Source: Amoebidium appalachense (Eukaryota; Protista; Ichthyosporea). From it: a stretch of 64,000 bases of DNA. Below are positions 32,090 to 64,000 of the stretch, in pieces. Location of the stretch: assembly GCA_963693365.1 (NCBI GenBank), contig CAVNZM010000004.1, positions 10,816,468-10,880,467 on the forward strand, written 5' to 3'. The translations under genes and the position numbers were made by a program. The notes beneath the pieces are model-generated. The model made no database searches and had not been told where the DNA came from. It worked only from the letters and a program-made list of their open reading frames with translations. Each line of letters opens with the position of its first letter. Positions within the stretch are counted from its first letter, which is position 1.

Positions 32090-35000
32090 CTATAATTTTG
32101 TAGTGATGTGTTTCTCAAGCCAATCAATACATCTAATAAACAGGTCGTAGTTACGCGTGTTTAGTATAAAATCAAGGATGTTGTAATTTACAGGTAGGCT
32201 ATCTTTCTGGGTGTCTGTTGTGAATGTGACGTGTGTGTGTTGCGGTATTATGTGGTCTATCAAACTACATTTGGCGATACATGACCGGTTAAACTGGTGT
32301 GTGTGTGTGTTGTTTGGGCATGCAAATGATGCCACCTTATACTTATTAGATCTCCACTGTATAGCACGTGTACAGTAAAAGCGTGGTAATTGATCAATAA
32401 TACCATCAGCTAGAGAAAGACCAGTTCTACAGGAAGGTAATATGTATTTAGGTGTTATACACTTGCGAGTGCCATATTTGGCAATATGGTTGAGGCGGTC
32501 AGTATATATAAAACGAGACATAAGGCTTAGTTTTTCAAGGTGTATGCTTTCATCGGGTCTAGTGTCGTTTGGTATCTTTTTCCATTTGTTATATTGCGTG
32601 ATTATCTTGTGATTGTGTACATGTTTAATAAGTAAGTGGCAGTCCAAAGTCACACACACACTATTGCGGGGTTTATTTGTATTTGTGCCCAGGGGAGAAG
32701 GGGAGAGAGAGGGGAGGAAAGAGGGGAGAGGTGAGGAGGGGACAGGTCGGATAGAGAAGAGAGGGTGGGAGGGCAAATACTTCTTTAAGCGGCTTATGTG
32801 CTTATTGAATTTCAGCGCGAGATAGGATACTCTAGCAGCTATTGGGACCAGACCATATATCGAGAGCGTTACAGGCCCAGGTTTACAACAGTTGTTAGAT
32901 AGAAAGGAGGCAACTTCTGCTTCAAGGAAATTTGCCAAGGGTTTAAGCGCTCTAGTTCTCTCTTTCTTGATCCAAGCGGCGAGAAGGGGTAAACCATATT
33001 CACATGCCGGGAAGACAAAAGTGCGAATAAATGTAAGTCTAATAGAAGGATGGAGGGGTGTGTCTTTAAAAATATTAGCCGAGAAGAAAGCTAACCGCTT
33101 ACGAGCCAACTCTACCCTCTTTTCGACCATATGGGGAAACATAACACCAACAGAATCAACCGGAACACCAAGATATTTGTATTCTGGAACTATAGGTACA
33201 GGTTTAGATGATAATGTAAATGTGTGTAAATTGTTAGCTATATCAGGTACAAGAACACCACATTTGTCTATGTTAAGGATCATAAGGTTTGCCTTGCACC
33301 ACTCTGACACTACATCGAACAATCTTTGCAGGCGTCTAGGGGTACGGGCAAGGAGGGACAGATCATCAGCATAGAGAAGTGCAGGCGGAAAGTTATTAAT
33401 AGGGTCATCGTTTTCGGCGTAAATCTTGACAGCCAAATCATCTATAAATAGGTTAAACAAAAAGGGGCTAAGCAATGAGCCCTGCAAGAGACCTCTAGTA
33501 CGAGCAAAACCATATGAAAGATGCCCATTAACCACAGCTCTACCATAGGTTTGAGACAAGAGTGCTTCTAACAGAACACCAATGCAGTGTGGTACACCCC
33601 GTGCAGCAAGCTTTTCCCATAGGAGACCAGGGGAGACAGAATCGTAAGCAGTTTTCCAATCAATAAAGCCAACATATTGTGCACCAACTTGCATAGAATC
33701 GTGCAGTGCCATTATTTGAACATAACATGAATTGTTTTTACGAAAAGCGGATTGGCATGGGTGTATGTGAAGAATAGATTGAAACCTAGGGTGATGTGCA
33801 AATAACCTAAGTAAGCAAGCTTCAAAGAATCTACGAACAACCTGGGTTAGTGTAATGGGGCGAAAGGATGATATGGGGCCCTCAGAGTCCTTCTTAACTA
33901 TGGGGATCACTAAGGTATCTAACCAAGATGACGGGACATGTCCACATTTAACACACCAAGAAAAGAGAGAGCTTAACATGATAGTAAGATCAGGTTTAAT
34001 AGCACGATCACTTTCCTTTTGTGGGTAGGAGGGAACAAGGATTTTAAGAAACCCAGCAGGGAGTCCATCAGGTCCACAAGACTTACTAGAGCTATAACTA
34101 GATATCACAGACCATATGGCATCGGGACTGAAAAAGGGGAGGATCGATTCTATGGGGATAGATGGGTCTACAGGCCACACAATAGGTTTCTGAGCGGGGG
34201 TCCTATCTATAAACAGTTCCGAGAAATACTTATCAGAGTCTATGAGGGGGTCTCCAGTGGTATCACCAATAATACGAGCAGGGGGGCCAAATCGATTCAT
34301 ACTAGCAAGCCGGCGCAAGCTTTCCTTTTGAGACAGGGGTTCACCTAGTCTAGCGGGAGTGGTGTTTGGTAACAAGAGAGCATCGGGATATTCCTTCCTA
34401 CCACCGCCAGCATAATCACCGAGATCTATCAAATCATCAACAATAAAGTTAGTGCATGTATCTAGTACGAGATGTGAATCTGGCCTGGCTTGTGCAGATT
34501 CTAATAGGCGCATATATATAGGGTGTTTCGTAGCATAGCATACACATACATCAACTCTACCCCACTGTGACTTAAGCTGGGATAGACGGAGGCGAAAGGT
34601 GGGAGGGGGAGGGGGGAGCAGATCAAGGGAGATCTTAGGTAGGAAAAGGATAGGAGAGTGGTCAGATGACCTAGAGAGGTTAGGAGGGAGAGAGAGTTTT
34701 GACATGGTTGATGGCCAAAAGGCCACTCCCCAGTCGGTGTTGTGGGCATGGGATATTTGAGGGAACCGCAAAGTGTGACTTTGGACATACCTTGCTAAAG
34801 GGATAGCACGCTCCGGGGGCTTAGATGGGTACCCGACACTCACTTGCAGTGTGTCTGTGTGGTGGAGTCGCGTGTTAAAATCACCTAAAATAACAGTGGA
34901 CATTGGTAACTGTGACAACTCGTGAGTCAATTCGACAACCGACATAGATGGTGGGTAATATACAAAAGTAAAAACATTAGAAAGAAACTCTATAGAAACC

Positions 35001-35283
35001 GAGAATTCCGTTTTTGCTACCGGTTTGCACTTCACTCTCACGTGTGGTGCGGCAAGTACAATAATGCCTCGGTTTTTCGCGTAACCGGGGTGTGTGGATG
35101 TGTCGACCAATGTAGAGTTGAATTTGTGGTGGTTTTTAAACTGTGTTTCGCAAATCACTGTAAACGTGTGGTTGTTTGTCTGTTGTTGTATGTAGCTGAT
35201 TTTATCGTCGAGTGTCCCGGGGGGAGGCCCTTTTGGGGGCCCAGTGTCCGAGCATTCCAGAAGAAGAAGGATAAATTAGGCAT
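32090..35283 (-). CDS. LINE ORF2: apurinic-like endonuclease + reverse transcriptase + C-terminal Cys/His region; frame discontinuity near 35211-35242
   Basis: The 1022-aa open frame contains VICET, ILGDFN, SDHSPI (APE), KSCGPDG, FRPITL, QSAFR, DWKTAYDSV, GLLQGSLLSPFLFNLFIDDL, YADD and YKYLGV (RT). The APE first motif MPNLSFFFWNARTL begins at ATG 35283 in another frame. Confidence 0.93.
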
Positions 35284-35551
35284 CGGTTTGGTCCGACACC
35301 TGTGGGGTTGGTTCCCACTTGTCGCTTACGGGGTCGTATGCACGACCTTCCGCCAGCGCGAACAGTTCGCAGAAGAGCTCGATTTCCATCTCGCATCGGC
35401 GTTTGCGCTCGAGCAGTTTCTCACCAGAAAACATTGGTTCCTTCGTGTCCGTGTCTATCACGCTCGTAGCATCGTTTTCCAACTTTGCGAGGAACTCTTT
35501 TGCCTTGCTGATGCGTACACGACAACGTGTGGCGCACGCATTCTTAGCAGA
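35276..35551 (-). CDS. Probable C-terminal part of LINE ORF1 (91 open codons, helical and charged)
   Basis: SAKNACATRCRVRISKAKEFLAKLEND...LLERKRRCEMEIELFCELF...SDQTDA*. Its stop follows the ORF2 ATG closely (gATGccTAA). The upstream frame is interrupted by stops. Confidence 0.5.
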   Translation of the reverse strand, partial: SAKNACATRCRVRISKAKEFLAKLENDATSVIDTDTKEPMFSGEKLLERKRRCEMEIELFCELFALAEGRAYDPVSDKWEPTPQVSDQTDA

Positions 35552-37178
35552 CTATGAGTGGTGCTCAAACAGCAAATTAAATGTCGCTGTTGTCGATTGG
35601 TCAACTCCTGAGCTGGAGGTTGAATATTTCAGACCCCTTGTAAACGTTTTTGCGATTTGGATCTTACGAACAAATTAAACAATCTTTTTTGTGTCTTTGG
35701 CTCCTAGAAGCCAAGAACAAAAAGCGCTGTATAAATTACGGGTAGAGGCTTTATAAATTGTTATAAGGTCATTCCACCAAATCTAAAGGTCCTCCCGTCT
35801 ATGAAGGGCTCCTTTTGATTCTCTGTTGTCAGTTGTCCAGTGACTGAACCTCCAAAAGTAACGTTTTCAAACAAAGACCCCTGTCATATGCCTCGTCATA
35901 TGGTTTTGGGGGAACCGCGGTCGTCCAGTGACCGTGACGCACGGTCAGAAAAACATCACGTCGTTTCCCACTACGTGAATTGTACTGCACATCGCTCTTG
36001 TTATATGAAATAATTTACATTGACCCTGTACCAGAAGACTCTGAGGTGTCTAGAGTGCGCGGGTAGTCAATACATATAATAGCTACAAAATCTTGCATAT
36101 GTGGGGCGCCGGCCCGCGCGGGGCCCGAATCCGAGATGATATGCAATGGCATGTATTTCAGGCCTGCGGCATGGAGATCTGGCGATTGGCATACTGATCA
36201 CGACCGGCGGCCGGCTTATCCAGCAAACAAATAAGAAATGGAGTTCTCATTTAGATTTATAGTATTATAAATTTTGTTATTTTACTTTGACACGATTTAC
36301 TGACCCATCATCAACATGCAGGGTTGTCAATATAACTGTATATATATGTAACTTGTACACGAACCGAAGTCGATAGAACGAACCAATCATATGCAATATT
36401 CGAGTTCTCCAATATAGCACATGACATGCCATTCTGGTGTGTCGTTAGCCAATGGAAATTTTCCAGCTAGAGGAGTGTAGGGGCAGGGGAACCTACACTC
36501 TACTGGGTTCAGAAGGCTGCAATTGTTTCGCACAATAGAATCCCAAAGATCACCAACCTAGTTCAACAGCTACGTCAGCAAAGTTTAGGGAGGGATATAC
36601 GTAAGCTGTTTCAAAGCAGGTTGGCGTTTGCTTATATAAATGTTGAACAGCACCAAAACGTGTACACTTTCACTTGAATTGCCTCATCTCACAACTGACG
36701 AAGTTTTTGCAATCGGATTGGCCAGAGCCGGTGGTTTATTAGGGCATGTTGATTGGCTCTCTTTACGCCGCACTCGGATTTGTTTTTGCCATTTTGGTAA
36801 CTTTCCACCAGCCTGGATGGCCCTAACAGAGCCAACAACCGTTTTTAGGTTTTTTTTTATTATATTAAAATTAATGGCTCTGTTAAAGAGCCAATTCTTG
36901 GAAAATTGATGGACCAAACCTCAAAAAGTTAGGGACAATTTTCGGACTTCTAAACCCCCTAATTTCACAGCCTGCTTCTGCAGCGTGTCGCTCAAACGTT
37001 ACCTCGCGGCTGTCATATTCGCTGGGCTCCTTCGTGTGCGCTCAGTATCTTTGGGAGTCCCTATGTGATGTGTTACCGTGTGCCAAAGGTTTGGCACGCC
37101 CATTACTAGCAACTTCTGTGCCCAGAGTTTTTGCTTGCAGAGCTAAAGAACGGCAGCTTGATGTTCTACCTCACACAG

Positions 37179-37243
37179 GTTTCTTCCTATAGGCAGTTCA
37201 ACCACCAAAATAGTTTCTTCCTATAGGCAGTTCAACCACCAAA
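37179..37243. repeat. 31-bp direct duplication
   Basis: GTTTCTTCCTATAGGCAGTTCAACCACCAAA at 37179 and 37213. Confidence 0.9.
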
Positions 37244-37493
37244 GCTATACAAAGATCTTTGTTTGCAGAATACTCGCAACAACTTGAGCGCAGAGAAGGA
37301 GAGTATCTCAGTTTGACCGCACCGTTAGCAAAAACTCTCTAACGGCTTCAAACCCACTTATCGTATACCAGTTGATAATAAGAACAGAGGCCACACCGGC
37401 CTAAGCTCATGAACACATACACAGCAACAGTAAACGGGTTTTCCAATATTTACGGCAATCAAATAGTCATATTCCTAGAGAGATATCCCCAAA

Positions 37494-39749
37494 ATGAAAA
37501 CGCTACACGCGCTTCTCACCGCTAGCGCACTTGCGTTAGCGGCCTCGTCAAACCCCGTACGTGGCGCGGCTAAGGACGCCGTTGAAGCAGAAGACAGAGT
37601 CAGGAGACAGGCGGACATAATCTACGTCACACCAGGTGGGAGAGCTTGTTAACAGTATGCTTGCCTGGTGTTTGTTCAATTGTGGTTGCTTTCTTTAAAA
37701 GCGGTTAAAGGCACTGCGTTTTCTTGAATATTTTTGCACGTTCTTACCAGTTTTGTTGCTTAGTTGTGTGGGAATGTTGTTACTGTTGGTTGTGTCAAAC
37801 ACTAATTGCCTACCCTTTGCTTGCGTGTGCTTTTATACTTCTTTGAATCAACTTATGTAAAAAAAATCTTATCACGGGTCTCATTTTTGGAGCTCATAGC
37901 AATAAACAGGTGTAGCGTGGCAGGCACGAGGACGTAGGAACGGATTTTGGTGTTACGTTGCATCCACTTCCCGCTTTTGTGGTCGATTTGTAATTTCAAT
38001 CAACCGGCCGAAGTAGAATTCTGGTACACACGTGCACGCACGAATCAGGCTAGGATTTCCGTGGGAAGTCGTGTCCCTACTTTCGTATACTGGCACAAGT
38101 GGCACAACAGTGTGAAGCAACACCGTACAAAAAGTGCTTTCAAGGGGAAGCTACGATCCTCTTTTTTTATTTTTTTTATTTTTTGTTTTTTATTTTGGTG
38201 GTTCTTTATGGGGCTCATTGCTTTCCATATTTACAGATGGCCAGCGCTATGCCATACCTCCAAATGTTTTTGGCGCCAACCAAGGCGCCACGTTCCGCTC
38301 TGTGGACGGTGACTCGGTCGATTCTTCAGCCCCAGCAGGCAACGAACCAATCGCAAACGTTGCCTCTCTGCCCGTCCGATTGCAACCACCAGTGGCCCTT
38401 GTTCCTCCCCAGTCAATAGCTGTCCCTGCCCCAAACCCAGCTGCCATCCCGGCTCCCGTTCCCGCTCCAGACACAGGATATTCTGTGACTAAGGGGCCCA
38501 GAATAACGCGCAAGAAAGCAACAACAACGGCACCGGCGGCCGCCGCCCCGAGCGTCAACGTGCCGGCGGGTGTTGTGTCCAACCAGCCAGGGGTTGTTGC
38601 CGTTGTTCCTAACCCCCAGGTCGTGCCACCGCCGGCACCCACGACCGTCCGTTTGAGGCCAAAGCCGAGCGCTGCGGCCGTGCAGCCAAACCTAGCCTGG
38701 GCTGCCCCACAGCAAGTCGCAGAAAAGGGTGTCGTGCAGCTTGCTCCACCTGGCATCCTAATTCCGGCCCCAGTACCTGTCCCAGCCCCTGTGCAGGTCC
38801 CCATGGTAGGGTTGGTGCCCCCTGCACCGCAAGTGGCTGCACCTGCACCACCAACGGTAGTGACGGACAGCACCAGCGCACAGTCACAGAGCGAGGAGCC
38901 AGCACAAAGTGGGCCCACAGAGGTGCCCATGGACGTGGGCACGAGCGTGTTCGGGTGCTGGAGGTCTAGGCTGCCTGAGATGAAGGCATCACGGTGCAAG
39001 TGTGAGACCGCATGTGGCCAGCAGTACCCGACAACCCTTCCCTCACTTTGCCCATTGGCACGTGATGGCGACCCCTTCCGCCAAGCCTGTGTGCTGATGC
39101 CCAACTGTACGCAAGAAAGAAATGATGCGTTCCCGTGCAAGCCGGCGGCTGATGGCACATATGGTGACGTCACGTGTGAGCTTATGGCCGATGTCGTGCA
39201 GTCGGCCGTGCGGTGCAGGCTGGGTGATGGTACCCACTGGGCAGAGGGCAGTTCGAGGTGGGTGACGGTCTGTGGGTGGAGTGAATATGATTATAAAAGA
39301 ACGAATTTGTGCAAGAGATCTATGGTTTGTGATGTAGGATACAAAGAACAGTTTGGTTGGCTGAAAATGGCACTGAAATTCATCTGTTTGCTGCTGGGTT
39401 ATCGCACAAGTTTTTTACTTTTAAGTAGTGTATATGCGAAAATGGTCCACTTGCCAAAATGCTCATATCCTTGCACACAGGTGTACACCCGATAAGCCGC
39501 AAGAGATCAAGGTGTGCTCCAACGGCGAATGGAAGGTGCTGACGTATCCTTCACCTGCTGCCACCTGCCACCGCATCAACGATGTCACTGGGAGGGGAGA
39601 TATGGGATGCCCATACTTCCAGGCCACGACATTTACAATCAAGGACGCCTACAAGAGTATGTATTACTTATCCCTCCTCCCACTCGGATTTGTTGGATAG
39701 GTTGTGATTGTGTGCTGTTGTGGGAGGAGGTTCGAGGGATGATGAGAAT

Positions 39750-39839
<90 letters not shown>

Positions 39840-40033
39840 CGTGTGCGTGCGTGAGTGTGTTTGATTGTAGCGAGTGAGAGATTAATGAGGGAGAGAAAAT
39901 TGAGATCGGTGAGTTGGCTACCATAGATAAAAAGAGGGAAACGATTCATTGACGAAGAAACTAACCTCTTTCCATTACAGATAAGTACGTCGTCATTGAC
40001 GGCAGAACCATGGCCAGCCGGTGGGATGGCTAA
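37494..40033 (+). CDS. Secreted protein, 463 aa: signal peptide, RVRR cleavage site, Pro/Ala/Val-rich stalk and Cys-rich C-terminal region
   Basis: Exons 37494-37635, 38237-39257, 39481-39656 and 39981-40033 join in phase (1392 nt). N-terminus MKTLHALLTASALALAASSNP...EDRVRRQ; C-terminus ...GRTMASRWDG*. No TM segment. Confidence 0.8.
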
Positions 40034-40554
40034 CGACACGTCATCACCACAACGAATCACCACCTCTCAACACCATGACACCACGGCCACACAAGCGCGG
40101 ATGGATGCACGTATCGACTCAGTGGGCTACGTCCTTGCATCTACGTTTGTCAGCCCAAAACGGAAAATTATTAAAACACGAGACAAGTTCACAAAAGAAA
40201 GGGGGAGGGGGTTTATTATTATTAGCAGGGAACACACATCAAAGCCAGTCGAAACAGCCTGGCGAGGGCAAACACTTCACAATGTGCCGGCAGTGCACAC
40301 AGTGAACGGTGGATCGTGTTACAGCTGGTATAGTTTTTATATAGTAGTAGCACCAGCCAACTTGTATATATATAGATACATATGGCTAGATAATATCTTA
40401 GCACAGGGGCCAGCCGGGCTGGAACCGGCTGCTGAGCAGCAACAGTCTGCCGGTCCCTTTTTTATTATTGCAATTGTTGGAAATACTGTATGGCAGCTGA
40501 CAGGGCATTTGGCCCAGCAAAGATATTTGCATCAGCTCTCTATCCAATGACACA

Positions 40555-41150
40555 ACTGACTACCTACAATGAATGTATTATAAACACACATGCATCACTA
40601 TCACAATGATTTGAAAAGCCTATCCGAAGGCGAAGCTTCGCGTCCACTTTCGATTTCTGGCCTGTGCCTGGGCCCTACGGGTGCATTGAGGTACATTGCT
40701 TTATTATGTGTTCATGGTATGCTTTATTGTGTGTTCATGGTACTCGTAACTTTGGAAACACCACTGTGCCATGGCTAGCGCAACACCGCAGCTGCAGTTA
40801 AGCAGGTCTAACGACTCGCGGAGGGCTCCGGCCACCTCCAAGTTTGAGTCCGGCACTCCGAGCACTGCCTACCTACAATGAATGTATTATAAACACACAT
40901 GCATCACCATCACCATGATTTGAAAAAGCCCATCCGAAGGCGAAGCTTCACGTCCACTTTCGATTTCTGGCCTGTGCCTGGGCCCTACGGGTGCATTGAG
41001 GTACATTGCTTTATTGTTCATGGTACTCGTAACTTTGGAAACACCACTGTGCCAGGGCTAGCGCAACACCGCAGCTGCAGCCAAGCAGGCCTAACGACTC
41101 GCGGAGGGCTCCAGCCACCTCCAAGTTTGAGTCCGGCACTCCGAGCACTG
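40555..41150. repeat. Tandem duplication of a ~309/287-bp unit in the intergenic region upstream of the RTK
   Basis: Units start at 40555 and 40864 (ACTG.CTACCTACAATGAATG...) and end at ...CCGAGCACTG. Copy 1 has an extra internal ~20-bp duplication. Confidence 0.93.
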
Positions 41151-41222
41151 CAACCGTTCTCCAGAGAGATCTTCTCCGCACAAGCAGAAACAGCTGCTAA
41201 ACTTATGAGCCGCTAAACGATG

Positions 41223-41399
41223 ATTGGCTGTTCGCACCAACGTGTGATTGGCTGTTATCATCTGTCTTGGTAGGATAATGATTGTAAGCAAATCACATCG
41301 TTCTAAAAACCTGGCAATTGTGACTGAGTCTTGTAGCTTACCAATCACATAATGACACTTCTAACCCAAAAATCCCATGCCGTGCGCTCTTGTGATTGG
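41223..41399. promoter_or_regulatory. CCAAT-box cluster upstream of the RTK gene
   Basis: TGATTGGCT at ~41221, ~41245 and ~41393, and CCAATCA at 41341, 370-550 bp upstream of ATG 41768. Confidence 0.5.
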
Positions 41400-41767
41400 C
41401 TTTTTGCGCACTTGTCGAAAATTGCACACATGATCGTTTTCCTGTTCATGCCCGGTAGGGAGCTAAAGAACACGGAGAGTGCAATAATCATTTATGTGTC
41501 GGCATCTTTGTTGATATATTAGACCCAAGCACCAATTCCTACCTTATATTGCTCCAGCCTACAATGCATCGTTGAACCCATATTTTCACCAGCTTACATG
41601 TTCGTTTGCACTTTCCTTAGCATCATTCAGGGAGACACTGCAGCTCCTAAGTACGTCGATACAACACAGGTGAAAACAGTCACGTTAGCCGCGAGAGCCA
41701 TCCACGAAACAGTAGGCATGTATTGGTATCTATAGTACTCCGCTCTTTTGGCTGCCGAGGCTTAAAG

Positions 41768-63974
<22,207 letters not shown>

Positions 63975-64000
63975 GTATGCAACGACACAAACACACACGC

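Larger units (their letters stand above)
31756..35551 (-). mobile_element. Non-LTR retrotransposon (LINE, APE-type); 5' boundary not determined
   Basis: ORF1 tail, intronless APE-RT ORF2, (CA)n tract, then a 3' UTR that is duplicated at 8455-8736. The 3' end is defined by the two copies at ...GTAAACCCCA. Confidence 0.92.

Noticed and set aside
31983-35233. Interpretation of the inverted repeat as DIRS/Penelope or DNA-transposon termini
   Set aside because: The arms are internal (one inside coding sequence, one ~230 nt from the 3' end), and the protein is APE+RT with no tyrosine recombinase, GIY-YIG or transposase.
34922-35557. 211-aa plus-strand ORF over the LINE 5' region
   Set aside because: Antisense shadow of ORF1/ORF2 with no recognisable motifs.
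35552-35790. Three in-frame TAA/TAG codons upstream of the ORF1 tail, suggesting a TAR=Gln code
   Set aside because: AP4M1 and ORF2 end at TAG and the secreted gene at TAA in the expected places, and no spliced gene has internal stops. The stop density is compatible with non-coding or decayed DNA.
38247-39173. 308-aa minus-strand ORF
   Set aside because: Antisense shadow of the GC-rich exon 2 of the secreted protein.

Overview
Eukaryotic, intron-rich genomic DNA, probably from a unicellular holozoan (inferred from a receptor tyrosine kinase with a beta-helix ectodomain). Most ORFs in the supplied track are translations of microsatellites; the real genes appear only after manual splicing. I reconstructed four genes. 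(1) AP-4 complex mu subunit: minus strand, 13 exons, 426 aa, one GC-AG intron. (2) A divergently transcribed LRR protein: 7 exons, about 290 aa. (3) A secreted Pro/Ala/Val-rich, Cys-rich protein: 4 exons, 463 aa. (4) A receptor tyrosine kinase of at least 33 exons (signal peptide, GGAI/FxxN beta-helix, TNFR/EGF-like Cys repeats, SEA-like domain, TM, TK) that runs off the window end. The window also holds an APE+RT non-LTR retrotransposon, a 5'-truncated copy of its 3' end, and degenerate EGF exons. The top finding is in the LINE. The true ORF2 N-terminus (WNARTL) lies in a different frame from the rest of ORF2, separated by a 32-nt cassette with a G_GGC_CCC slippery-type heptamer. That cassette is complementary (23/25 nt) to the element's own 3' UTR about 3.2 kb away, next to an internal poly(A). 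This suggests a long-range RNA-duplex-controlled recoding switch. The second finding is a strand-polarised intron grammar: poly-C after donors and (CA)n in place of the polypyrimidine tract.
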